The notes: generated by a model from the letters alone, not told the origin. A stretch of DNA of 17,114 nucleotides from Candidatus Bathyarchaeia archaeon (GCA_050010515.1 JBEKKX010000046.1:1-17114), one strand, 5' to 3'; shown: positions 1 through 8,025, numbered from the stretch's first letter. Translations and numbers: made by a program.

Positions 1-19
1 TTAATCAATTGGAAAGCTA

Positions 20-93
20 GGGCCGGTAGTTCAGCTGGTATGAACGCTTGACTTGCACTCAAGAGGTCGGGGGTTCAAATCCCCCCCGGTCCA
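20..93 (+). tRNA. tRNA-Ala (anticodon TGC), intron-less, CCA not encoded
   Basis: Full cloverleaf: acceptor GGGCCGG(20-26)/CCGGTCC(86-92) with the G3:U70 alanine identity pair; D stem GTTC/GAAC; anticodon stem CTTGA/TCAAG with loop CT-TGC-AC; T arm GGGGG-TTCAAAT-CCCCC; discriminator A93. Confidence 0.97.
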
Positions 94-244
94 CTTATAC
101 ATCGATTACGCTGATTCCTCGTTTATTATCATATTTCTTATAGCGTTAAACAACATTATAAATTGAGTTTATTTGCCCAATTAAGCTCAGAATAAGTGCG
201 CATGCACAGGCGCATTTACAACCGTTTCCTTAATAAAAGTGAAG

Positions 245-508
245 TTATTGCGAGGGCAATATTTCTGCCTTAATTAAGGTTACATTTTTCAGAGGTTTGT
301 CATTGTTGTTTGCATCCACGGGCACCAGATATTGCCATAACAACGTTCATTCCTTGTATAACTTGGCCGAAAACCGTGTATGATGTGTCGAAGGAAGGGT
401 AAAGGTTTTGGTTGTCGGCGACGTTTATGAGGAACTGGCTGGTTGCAGAGTTCGGTTGACCCGTTTGCCATGGCTATTTGTACCGTTGTAATTGACGTTG
501 TCGTTGCC
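245..508 (-). pseudogene. Cyclophilin-type PPIase pseudogene (C-terminal half, about 3 frameshifts)
   Basis: Manual translation across frameshifts gives GNDNVNYNGT/IAMAN/GQPNSATSQFLINVADNQNLYPSFDTSYTVFGQVIQGMNVVMAIS/VPVDANNNDKPLKNVTLIKAEILPSQ*. This is colinear with the intact neighbour (GNDNVNSNMTIAMANAGPNTASTQFFINVANNNNLYPSFDTSYTVFGQVIYGQNVVMAISQVPV). Confidence 0.9.
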
Positions 509-547
509 TCTATGAGCAATATAACTATTCAAATGCGAGATGACAAA
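509..547 (+). pseudogene. Inverted 39-bp fragment of the cyclophilin N-terminal region
   Basis: TCTATGAGCAATATAACTATTCAAATGCGAGATGACAAA (SMSNITIQMRDDK) matches the reverse complement of 1013-1051 (SMGDIVIQMRDDK) at 30/39 nt, but on the opposite strand. Confidence 0.8.
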
Positions 548-604
548 AACGACTTGAACATGCAAAATTGGGGTACAAACAAAAGAATGGTGGTTGATGG
601 GAAG

Positions 605-1333
605 CTATGGCATGACTACTGCGCCGATTAAGGTCACGGGTGTTGTTGGTTGAGAGTTTTCCTGATACGTGGCGCTGTATTCTACGGGCACTTGTGAAAT
701 TGCCATTACAACGTTTTGGCCGTATATTACTTGACCAAAGACTGTGTATGAAGTGTCGAAGCTTGGGTAGAGATTATTGTTGTTTGCAACGTTGATGAAG
801 AATTGGGTGCTAGCCGTGTTGGGTCCAGCGTTAGCCATGGCTATCGTCATGTTGCTGTTTACATTGTCATTACCTATCTCGTCGTTGATCTCTGGTTTTG
901 TTGTTTTGCCTTCTCCACCCTGAATCATGAAGCCAGCGATGACCCTCATGAATGTAGTGTCATTATAGTATCCTTCGTTAACCAAGTTTACGAAGTTGGT
1001 TGTGGTTATGGGTTTGTCGTCTCGCATCTGGATAACTATGTCACCCATAGAAGTTATGAAGAGAACCTTGGTCCCGCTTGCACTGTACTCGCCTGCTGGT
1101 GAAGTCAGCGGAGTCACGGACGGAAATGGACTAGTTGAAGAAGTTGGAGACGGCGAAGGAGTGTTTACCGCCTGATTAGGACTAGCCTTATGCGAGCCGC
1201 TTTGATCAACCACGACATAAGCGACAGTTGCAATGGCGATAACCGCTATAATCGCTACTGCAATCAGCTTTCGGTTTCTGCCTTGCGTTTTAGGATTGTA
1301 AGTTTTAACTTTGCTGTTTCTTTTCGAGCTCAT
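605..1333 (-). CDS. Membrane-anchored cyclophilin-type peptidyl-prolyl cis-trans isomerase
   Basis: Cyclophilin motifs FMRVIAGFMIQGG (catalytic Arg present), IAMANAGPNT..QFFIN and YTVFGQV. A basic N-terminus and one TM helix are followed by a Ser/Pro/Thr linker. Confidence 0.95.
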   Translation of the reverse strand: MSSKRNSKVKTYNPKTQGRNRKLIAVAIIAVIAIATVAYVVVDQSGSHKASPNQAVNTPSPSPTSSTSPFPSVTPLTSPAGEYSASGTKVLFITSMGDIVIQMRDDKPITTTNFVNLVNEGYYNDTTFMRVIAGFMIQGGEGKTTKPEINDEIGNDNVNSNMTIAMANAGPNTASTQFFINVANNNNLYPSFDTSYTVFGQVIYGQNVVMAISQVPVEYSATYQENSQPTTPVTLIGAVVMP

Positions 1334-1357
1334 GCCCAGAATTATAAAGCATTTTTT

Positions 1358-1372
1358 TATTTAAACATTTCA
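1358..1372 (-). promoter_or_regulatory. Archaeal BRE/TATA promoter of the cyclophilin gene (near-leaderless)
   Basis: The minus strand reads TGAAATG-TTTAAATA, ending 24 nt before the ATG at 1333. Confidence 0.6.
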
Positions 1373-1551
1373 GATTTTCACTTTCACCCTCCGAGGCAAC
1401 TGTGCTTAAATCTGGGAAAACGCGTTCGGAAAACAAGTGCCAGAAAGTGTCATCTTAATTATTATTTTGGATCATGATTTTTGAGTCATAACTGTTTTAT
1501 TAATTTTTTATCAAATAAGTAATACTTTAAGAAAAATATGGATGAAATTAT

Positions 1552-2850
1552 ATGCGAATTGGATTTTTCGTTTGGGAGTATCCGCCTTCAATTGTTGGCG
1601 GTCTGGGCACTTATGCCGAAAACATAACACGTGAATATGTTTCTATGGGGCATGATGTAACCCTTTTTACGCTCAACCCAGGCAACTTAAAAACAAGAGA
1701 AGTTATCAGGGGCGTAGAAGTTCACAGACCACTTATTTCGGATGCAAGTAATGTTTTTCCCATGTTTGTAGTGGATGACTTAAAAAAATGGGGAACAAAC
1801 ATCCGCATGTTTAATGACATTTTCACCTACAACATTTTGAGTGCATCAAAATTTCTAAACAGCATGCTAAAAAAGGAAAAATGCAATTTTGACGTCGTTT
1901 GCGTGCACGACTGGCTAAGCAGTATAGCTGGGATTATGGTTAAAAACGAAACGAAAATTCCAGTGGCGTTTCATGTCCATAGCACAGAATGGGGAAGAAG
2001 CGGAGGACCAGGTTCAGGAGTTGTTTCTCATTTTGAATGGGCAACAGCTGAAAAGGCAGACAGAATCGTGACTGTAAGTCATGCCATGAGGGAAGATTTA
2101 GTGAAGCACGGTTGGTCAAGTTCAAAAATAAGCGTTGTTTGGAATGGCGTAGATAGTGAACGATACAATTTAAAGAATTGCAAGAGCGAAGAGATAGAAG
2201 CTATTCGAGAAAGATACGGCATCAAATCAGACGAAAAAATGATACTCTTTTTGGGTAGGCTAACATGGGTGAAAGGGGTCATGAACCTCGTTCAGGCAAT
2301 GCCCATGATTCTGGCTGAATATCCAAAATCAAAACTATTAATTTTGGGCAAAGGAGAACAACAAAACGACATCATAGAAACTGCATATAGACTTGGAATA
2401 GCAAAAAACGTTATTTGCAGATTTGATTTTGTGCCAGAAAAAGAGCGCATCCTACATTATGCTGCATCCGACTTGTGTATCTTTCCTTCAACATATGAAC
2501 CCTTTGGCATAGTGAGCCTAGAAGCGATGTCAATGGAAAAGCCAATAGTTGTGGGTGCTCACGGCGTGGTCGGCTTCAGAGAGCAAGTCATGCCCGATGG
2601 CCCTGACAAAAATGGCGTGCACGTAAATGGAGAGAGCCCAAGCGATATCGCATGGGGAATAAAAGAAGTATTATGTGACGACAACAGGGCTAAGCAATGG
2701 GGCAAAAACGGAAGAAAACGGGTTTTACAATATTTCCAATGGAGAGAAGTTGCAGAACAAACATTGCAAATATACGAACGACTCCAACACCCAAATGAGC
2801 AAGATCAACAGGTAACTGTTGGATTAGTAGAAAGACCACTTGTTTCATAG
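1552..2850 (+). CDS. Glycosyltransferase family 4 (GT-B, retaining; glycogen/alpha-glucan synthase-like)
   Basis: Motifs WEYPP..VGGLG, HDW, HVHSTE.GR, FLGRL..VKG and the EX7E motif EPFGIVSLEAM. Confidence 0.92.
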   Translation: MRIGFFVWEYPPSIVGGLGTYAENITREYVSMGHDVTLFTLNPGNLKTREVIRGVEVHRPLISDASNVFPMFVVDDLKKWGTNIRMFNDIFTYNILSASKFLNSMLKKEKCNFDVVCVHDWLSSIAGIMVKNETKIPVAFHVHSTEWGRSGGPGSGVVSHFEWATAEKADRIVTVSHAMREDLVKHGWSSSKISVVWNGVDSERYNLKNCKSEEIEAIRERYGIKSDEKMILFLGRLTWVKGVMNLVQAMPMILAEYPKSKLLILGKGEQQNDIIETAYRLGIAKNVICRFDFVPEKERILHYAASDLCIFPSTYEPFGIVSLEAMSMEKPIVVGAHGVVGFREQVMPDGPDKNGVHVNGESPSDIAWGIKEVLCDDNRAKQWGKNGRKRVLQYFQWREVAEQTLQIYERLQHPNEQDQQVTVGLVERPLVS

Positions 2851-2964
2851 GTATCTGCTCGTTTCTGCACAACTAAATCAAACAAGCAGGTTCACTTTTC
2901 CTCTTTTCCAAGATCAGCCCAGAGAACAGTTTTTCCACGCAAAGAGTTGAAAAGTTAGCTCTGG

Positions 2965-3516
2965 CTAAAAAGGGAACCTTCTGCGACCGAATTGCCGCTG
3001 CTGGTCTGGTTGTCTTTCTGTGGGGAATCTGGAAAGGTGCTCATGAACCAGTTTCCAAGATGAATCTTGTTTTCTCAGAACAGCGGTAACACGTGAAGTC
3101 ACGTCAAACTGTTCGTTTCTCATGGTTGCCTTATAGTTTATGGTGAAAGTGGCTAAGGCTACCTCGCCCAGAACGGTGTCTTTAAAATCTTTCAGCGCGT
3201 ACGTATAGTTGGAAAGCACCTTGAATGCCGAGAACTCGTTCTTCAAGGCTTCTGCACGATCCTGCCTTTGATAAGGAGGCCAATCGTCAAATTTACTATA
3301 GCTCTCATCCAAGAGTGCTGTAACTGCTTTTTCGTCTTTATTCTTTATTCCATCAAACCTCTTAACAATAACGCTCCTGACTTCATCCTCAACATTAGAT
3401 ACCGGCGGGCTTTGAGAAGCAGACTGGCTTTGAGTTGAGCCAGCCATTTTGCTTCCACACTTGTTGCAGAAAGCGTTTCCCTCTGGATTTTCAGTTCCGC
3501 ATGTTGGACATTTCAA
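2965..3516 (-). CDS. Zinc-ribbon plus NTF2/SnoaL-like (DUF4440-type) domain protein
   Basis: N-terminal CPTCG-x8-FCNKCG and an S/Q linker. The C-terminal domain ends RVTAVLRKQDSSWKLVHEHLS, typical of SnoaL/NTF2 folds. TTG start. Confidence 0.85.
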   Translation of the reverse strand: MKCPTCGTENPEGNAFCNKCGSKMAGSTQSQSASQSPPVSNVEDEVRSVIVKRFDGIKNKDEKAVTALLDESYSKFDDWPPYQRQDRAEALKNEFSAFKVLSNYTYALKDFKDTVLGEVALATFTINYKATMRNEQFDVTSRVTAVLRKQDSSWKLVHEHLSRFPTERQPDQQRQFGRRRFPF

Positions 3517-3690
3517 CTTTCATTTTTCCATCCTGAGCGGTTTTTCTTGCTTATAATTCAAAGCAGTCTTAAGTCTATTTCCCCTCACTAAGATAAACAA
3601 AGCTATGCAGTTTAGCTTCAGGTTTGCAGGATCAAAAAGGGCGGCTTTGTCCGTTTCGCATATTAATGGGAAGTGCTACATGAAATTGCA

Positions 3691-4506
3691 ATGAAGAAGT
3701 CGTCAGTCATAGCGATCTTGCTTATAGTGGTCATTATTGTTTTGAGCGCTTCAATACTGATTATCTTTAACAGCAATAACGCTTCAGCCAAATCCACTGC
3801 AACGTATTACACTTACGCAATAGTTAACACTTATCCGCACGATACAAATGCCTTCACAGAGGGACTCGTGTACTCAGATGGCTTTCTCTACGAGAGCACA
3901 GGACTTAACGGTAATTCAACTCTACGCCGCGTGGACTTGACCACAGGCAATGTACTGCAAGAGTACACTTTGCCAACCCAGTATTTCGGCGAAGACATAG
4001 CCATCGTCAACAACACCATCATACAGCTAACTTGGCAATCAAACATAGGCTTCATCTACAACAAAACCACATTTGCCGTGCTGGGAAATTTTACTTACCC
4101 CACGCAGGGTTGGGGCTTAACCTTTGACGGCAAAAACCTAATCATGAGCGACGGCACAGACCACCTCTATTTCTTGAATCCAACAACGTTTCAGCAGACA
4201 GGACAAATCCAAGTCCATGACGGAAACACATCCGTAGTAAACATCAATTCGCTAGATTACATCAACGGTGAAGTTTACGCCAACATCTGGCTAACAAACA
4301 CAATCGCCATAATCAACCCAGAAACTGGACAAGTCAAAGCTTGGATAAACCTCACAGGACTACCAGACGAAAACAATCCAAACCCAGAAGCCGTGCTTAA
4401 CGGCATAGCATATGACCAACAAAACAACAGACTCTTCGTAACAGGCAAAGATTGGCCAAACATCTACCAGATAAAACTAATTCCGCAAACTAACCAAACA
4501 ACCTAA
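3691..4506 (+). CDS. Glutaminyl-peptide cyclotransferase (type I, plant/bacterial beta-propeller QC), exported or membrane-anchored
   Basis: Motifs YPHD..AFTEGL, LYESTG, FGE, QLTW, GWGLT, MSDG, YANIW, VLNGIAYD and VTGKDW, with an N-terminal hydrophobic helix. ATG 3691 is preferred over GTG 3673 because a TATA-like ATATTAAT lies at 3660-3667. Confidence 0.92.
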   Translation: MKKSSVIAILLIVVIIVLSASILIIFNSNNASAKSTATYYTYAIVNTYPHDTNAFTEGLVYSDGFLYESTGLNGNSTLRRVDLTTGNVLQEYTLPTQYFGEDIAIVNNTIIQLTWQSNIGFIYNKTTFAVLGNFTYPTQGWGLTFDGKNLIMSDGTDHLYFLNPTTFQQTGQIQVHDGNTSVVNINSLDYINGEVYANIWLTNTIAIINPETGQVKAWINLTGLPDENNPNPEAVLNGIAYDQQNNRLFVTGKDWPNIYQIKLIPQTNQTT

Positions 4507-4570
4507 AATTAACTGGCTGCCCTGTTATATCCAGGTTTAAGCGGTTAGTTTTGTAATTGTTAAGCTTCCA

Positions 4571-5389
4571 TTAACGTTGCGCCATGTAGTAAGATAAAAT
4601 TGCTAATGGAACCACAAGGGCATAGGAAAACAAGGTTCCAAACCAGATTCCTAAGCTCGGATACAAATACCTAACAGCTACACTGAAGGGAATAATCGTT
4701 AGAATACCAGACAACACTAATGGCTTAGTCACAGCTCGCGAGAATTCAGTTCCTCTACTCTTGTTAAGTATTATCAACGTTGAAGTGAAAACCGCTGGGA
4801 ACGCGGCTGCAATGCCGCCTAGCACAGGACCACCTATTTGGCTCAAAAGCACTGAAATCAAAACAAGCGATCCTGCACCGACTCCACGCAAAACAACCTC
4901 ACGAACCTTGTATACTCTTGCGTCCCCCTTTAGGTTTTGGAGTTTAAGCTTTTTAGTAAAAGAATAATAAGTTAAAACCGAAATCGCAGCGCCCCCGACC
5001 AAGGAAAGCCCAAAATCCCTCAGACCAGACGCAACAATTAAGCCAGAAAATGCGAACCACATGAACAGAGAAACAGAGATTCCGCGGCTAAACCCTTTCT
5101 GGGCGAAAAAAGCAAAAAAGAAAAGATAAGCACTCGTAATGCCGAAGGCTAAAGGAAACACCGTAGTCGCTTGAACCGCAGCGGCTGAAGATTGGTTAAT
5201 CCCGATGAAGAAAAACGAGAAAGCCGATGTAGAGGGAAGACCGCCAAGGATTCCGCCTAAGACGCTTCCTTTCTTTTCTGCAACGATTGTGATTATAGAC
5301 ACCCATAAGCTTCCAACAGCAAATGCCAGAAAAAGATGCAAGAAAAAAGAGTCTGAAACCATATTTTGAGCCTTGGCATCATATGGCAA
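4571..5389 (-). CDS. Polytopic membrane protein, DUF3147-like, with two internally repeated halves
   Basis: About 8 hydrophobic segments. Repeated motif G.VLGGILGGLPST / GPVLGGIAAAFPAV. Alternative start ATG 5362. Confidence 0.75.
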   Translation of the reverse strand: MPYDAKAQNMVSDSFFLHLFLAFAVGSLWVSIITIVAEKKGSVLGGILGGLPSTSAFSFFFIGINQSSAAAVQATTVFPLAFGITSAYLFFFAFFAQKGFSRGISVSLFMWFAFSGLIVASGLRDFGLSLVGGAAISVLTYYSFTKKLKLQNLKGDARVYKVREVVLRGVGAGSLVLISVLLSQIGGPVLGGIAAAFPAVFTSTLIILNKSRGTEFSRAVTKPLVLSGILTIIPFSVAVRYLYPSLGIWFGTLFSYALVVPLAILSYYMAQR

Positions 5390-5520
5390 ATTAGATATTA
5401 ATTAATTCTTCCAATAAATTTGAAAAAAATAGTTAACCTTACCTGCTGAAATCTTATAGTTAAAGTCAGGCTGAGCTTCTAAGCTGAGCGAAAAATAGAA
5501 ATCTTGGTAAGATAGTTTTA

Positions 5521-6012
5521 ATGAAGTATTCGGGAGATCTTGGCTTGTCGAACGACGTCAGTGTGGAGCTTGAGAGGACCACCTTCAGTGTTTATTTGTT
5601 TGTGGCTAAAAAAGGCAAGCCTGTTGGCCCAAGGGATGTGATGCGTGGTGCGCATCTTAGCAGTCCAAGCGTGGCTTATCGGCATCTTCAGAAACTTGAA
5701 GATTCGGGACTATTAAAGAAAAACGAGTATGGTGAATACTTACTCAAGAAGAAAATGAGGGTCAATGGATATCACTGGATTGGTCGACGCCTCTTGCCTA
5801 ATGCAATGTTCTATTTCTATTTTTTCCTCGGACTCTTCATTACCGAAATTGTGATTTTAGCAATTCATTACGCGGTCGAAACCTACGAGTTCAAGATCTT
5901 CTTCGCGTTAGGTCTTTCAATAACGGCGATCGCCATGATCCTCTTCCTTAAAGAGGGATTATCGTCGTTTAAGAAAATAGAGAAAACGTTAGCACCTAGC
6001 CAAGATGAATAA
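5521..6012 (+). CDS. Membrane-tethered winged-helix transcription regulator (LexA-like DNA-binding domain plus 2 C-terminal TM helices)
   Basis: VYLFV..GKPVGPRDVMRGAHLSSPSVAYRHLQKLEDSGLLKKNEYGEY is a wHTH with a wing. It is followed by hydrophobic AMFYFYFFLGLFITEIVILAI and IFFALGLSITAIAMILFL. Alternative start TTG 5545 after GGGAG. Confidence 0.85.
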   Translation: MKYSGDLGLSNDVSVELERTTFSVYLFVAKKGKPVGPRDVMRGAHLSSPSVAYRHLQKLEDSGLLKKNEYGEYLLKKKMRVNGYHWIGRRLLPNAMFYFYFFLGLFITEIVILAIHYAVETYEFKIFFALGLSITAIAMILFLKEGLSSFKKIEKTLAPSQDE

Positions 6013-6126
6013 TTTCTGTTTCAAAAAGTTCCTAGCGAGATGGAGAATCGCATTTTTTGGAGTGTGACAAAAAGAACTTTATTTAACCGTTACCTTCATT
6101 TTCATAGCGCATTGGGACTTGAGGCG

Positions 6127-6171
6127 TGTTCCAGCAGTGGAACAAATTGTTCCATGGCGAGAGTAATATAC
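6127..6171 (+). promoter_or_regulatory. Conserved operator-promoter element, copy 1
   Basis: TGTTC-CAGCAGTG-GAACA-AAT-TGTTC-CATGGC-GAGAG-TAATATAC, upstream of the beta-propeller gene. Confidence 0.85.
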
Positions 6172-6202
6172 ATTCGAGGTCAAAGTATAGTTGGGGTTTA
6201 GC

Positions 6203-7657
6203 GTGTACAAAAAGGCAATATTGATATTTTCCGCAGTTATCCTGCTGTCAAGTTTGTATCGGATTCACGGTGCTTCAGCGTTCTTGAATCCTGTTTCTGT
6301 CAATGCTGAGGGTTTGGTTGTTGGCATACCGGTAATTGTTATCGTAAGCGCAGGATTAGCCGTGTACTTCGGAAAAAGAAAACCTCTGAGCAAGGCTTTT
6401 TCAGCGTTTCTGATAGCGGTACTCTTGGTTTCGGCGTTATCCGGAGTAGCGCTCGCGGTTTTAGGAGCGGAGATTCCCGTCACGTTGTCGTCTCCTGTTG
6501 AGTTGCAGACTAATTTGACGGGCGAAATGGGGTACTGTGTCTTTCAACTTGCAGATGGAAGTTTGGTTTTGAACACGGCCAACCAATCCTGCACGTTTCT
6601 CATTAAACTTGACTCTTCAAACCATGTGTTGTGGACCAGGACAATTCGTATCGGTCAAGAAATCACGAATCTCACTCGTCTTTTACCTACAAGCGATGGG
6701 GGCTTCGCTTTGGCGGGGCTCGTTGATAACATGTACGTGTTGGTGAAAACCGATTCTCAGGGCAACATTCAATGGACCAAAATGTTCAGTTCGGGAGCTC
6801 CGATAAACTATTTTATGTCGATTATTCAAACTAGGGATGATGGTTTTGCCATTGCTGGTTTCGGCGAGAAAGTTTTAGAAGGCTTGGGCGCGATTTGGTT
6901 TGCCAAAACAGATTCATCCGGAAACCTGGAGTGGAACGAGACTCTTTCGGGGCAGGTGGCTGCTTGCCCATCAACCATCATCCAAACGCCGGATGGCGGA
7001 TACATTATTTCTGACGTCAGCTATTCTTTTGTTCCGAATCGGGGTTTCTTCACGCTTATCAAAATGAACGCGACTGGAGATGTACTTTGGATCAAAAATT
7101 ACGGCGGCGAAGGCTACTACTTTCAACCCGAGTGCAACCTCGCTATAGCCACGAAAGACGGCGGGTACTTAATGGTGGGTTACCTTTGGGATAAGAGCGC
7201 GTGGGTAGTCAAAACCGATGCTGAAGGCAATATGCAGTGGAACCAAACATACGGCGCCAAAGACAGCTCAATAACTTGTGCCCTTGAAACCCAAAGCGGA
7301 GGATATATGCTCCTGGCCATTTCAAACCTAACGGATGTCGGGTTAATCATGATCGATAAAGCCGGCAACGAACTTTGGAACATGACCTTTCCAGGAGTCA
7401 CCTTGCCATGGGGGTTGGAGTCAAACTATAATTCCCTTATCCCTGCAAAAGACGGCGGCTATATTGTGGTGGGTTCAAAAAATCAGTCCGTATGGCTTGC
7501 AAAACTTAACTATCAGGATAACAGGTCGATTGCGCTTCAATTCCTATCGATTGCGGATGTAGCGTTGGCTGTTGCTGCGATTGCGACGCTTTTGATTGCA
7601 CCGAGAAAAAAAAGACAGCCCGACGATCAACCCGACCTAAAACAAGCAGCATATTAG
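6203..7657 (+). CDS. Membrane-anchored cell-surface beta-propeller repeat protein
   Basis: Seven repeats of about 45 aa, consensus IIQTxDGGY..AG...W(L/V)VKTDxxGNxxWxxT. Three N-terminal hydrophobic segments, and a C-terminal TM followed by RKKR. GTG 6203 is preferred over TTG 6191 from its distance to the TATA box. Confidence 0.85.
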   Translation: MYKKAILIFSAVILLSSLYRIHGASAFLNPVSVNAEGLVVGIPVIVIVSAGLAVYFGKRKPLSKAFSAFLIAVLLVSALSGVALAVLGAEIPVTLSSPVELQTNLTGEMGYCVFQLADGSLVLNTANQSCTFLIKLDSSNHVLWTRTIRIGQEITNLTRLLPTSDGGFALAGLVDNMYVLVKTDSQGNIQWTKMFSSGAPINYFMSIIQTRDDGFAIAGFGEKVLEGLGAIWFAKTDSSGNLEWNETLSGQVAACPSTIIQTPDGGYIISDVSYSFVPNRGFFTLIKMNATGDVLWIKNYGGEGYYFQPECNLAIATKDGGYLMVGYLWDKSAWVVKTDAEGNMQWNQTYGAKDSSITCALETQSGGYMLLAISNLTDVGLIMIDKAGNELWNMTFPGVTLPWGLESNYNSLIPAKDGGYIVVGSKNQSVWLAKLNYQDNRSIALQFLSIADVALAVAAIATLLIAPRKKRQPDDQPDLKQAAY

Positions 7658-7692
7658 GTTACTACCGATAATAAAAAAGCTCATACCACATG

Positions 7693-7718
7693 CGTTCTCG
7701 CGACAGAACTAAGTGTTC
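7693..7718 (+). promoter_or_regulatory. Degenerate copy of the operator without BRE/TATA
   Basis: CGTTC-TCGCGACA-GAACT-AAG-TGTTC keeps the N8/N3 spacing. Further TGTTC, GAACA and GTTC half-sites follow at 7734-7751. Confidence 0.55.
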
Positions 7719-7980
7719 CGAAGGGCAGAAAAGTGTTCCCGAACAAGGTTCGTTATGCGATGTTGACTAAAGCGGGGTGTGTAACATATAATGGGACATA
7801 ACTATGTTTTATGGGTTTTCGCCCTTATCCAGAAGGTTGCTCTTAGGAAAAGTTTGCCCCAGACTGAAGAAATAAAAAGTCCGTTAATTGTGAAATTAGA
7901 AAAAAAGGAAACCTGTCGCTTTTGGTTGCCGCTATTTCTTGCAACAGAGCAAAACCGAAACACGGAAACCTGCTAAAGGC

Positions 7981-8025
7981 TGTTCTTCTTGCGGAACACT
8001 CTGTTCTCTGGGGAGAGCTATATAG
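7981..8025 (+). promoter_or_regulatory. Conserved operator-promoter element, copy 2
   Basis: TGTTC-TTCTTGCG-GAACA-CTC-TGTTC-TCTGGG-GAGAG-CTATATAG, ending 41 nt before ATG 8067. Confidence 0.85.

Noticed and set aside
20-245. tRNA-Ala as the integration site of a mobile element
   Set aside because: No integrase or transposase in the window and no duplicate of the tRNA 3' end seen.
289-631. ORFs 289-519(-) and 443-631(+)
   Set aside because: They are read-throughs of the cyclophilin pseudogene fragments, mostly out of frame or antisense.
5470-5489. GCTGAGC direct repeat upstream of the wHTH gene
   Set aside because: Only 7 bp twice and not seen at other promoters; compatible with chance.
6140-6152. 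GAACA-N3-TGTTC matches the eukaryotic steroid hormone response element core, and resembles a true SOS box
   Set aside because: The steroid-element match is coincidental in an archaeal context. The spacing differs from GAAC-N4-GTTC and the downstream genes are not DNA-repair genes, so a classical SOS regulon is unsupported.
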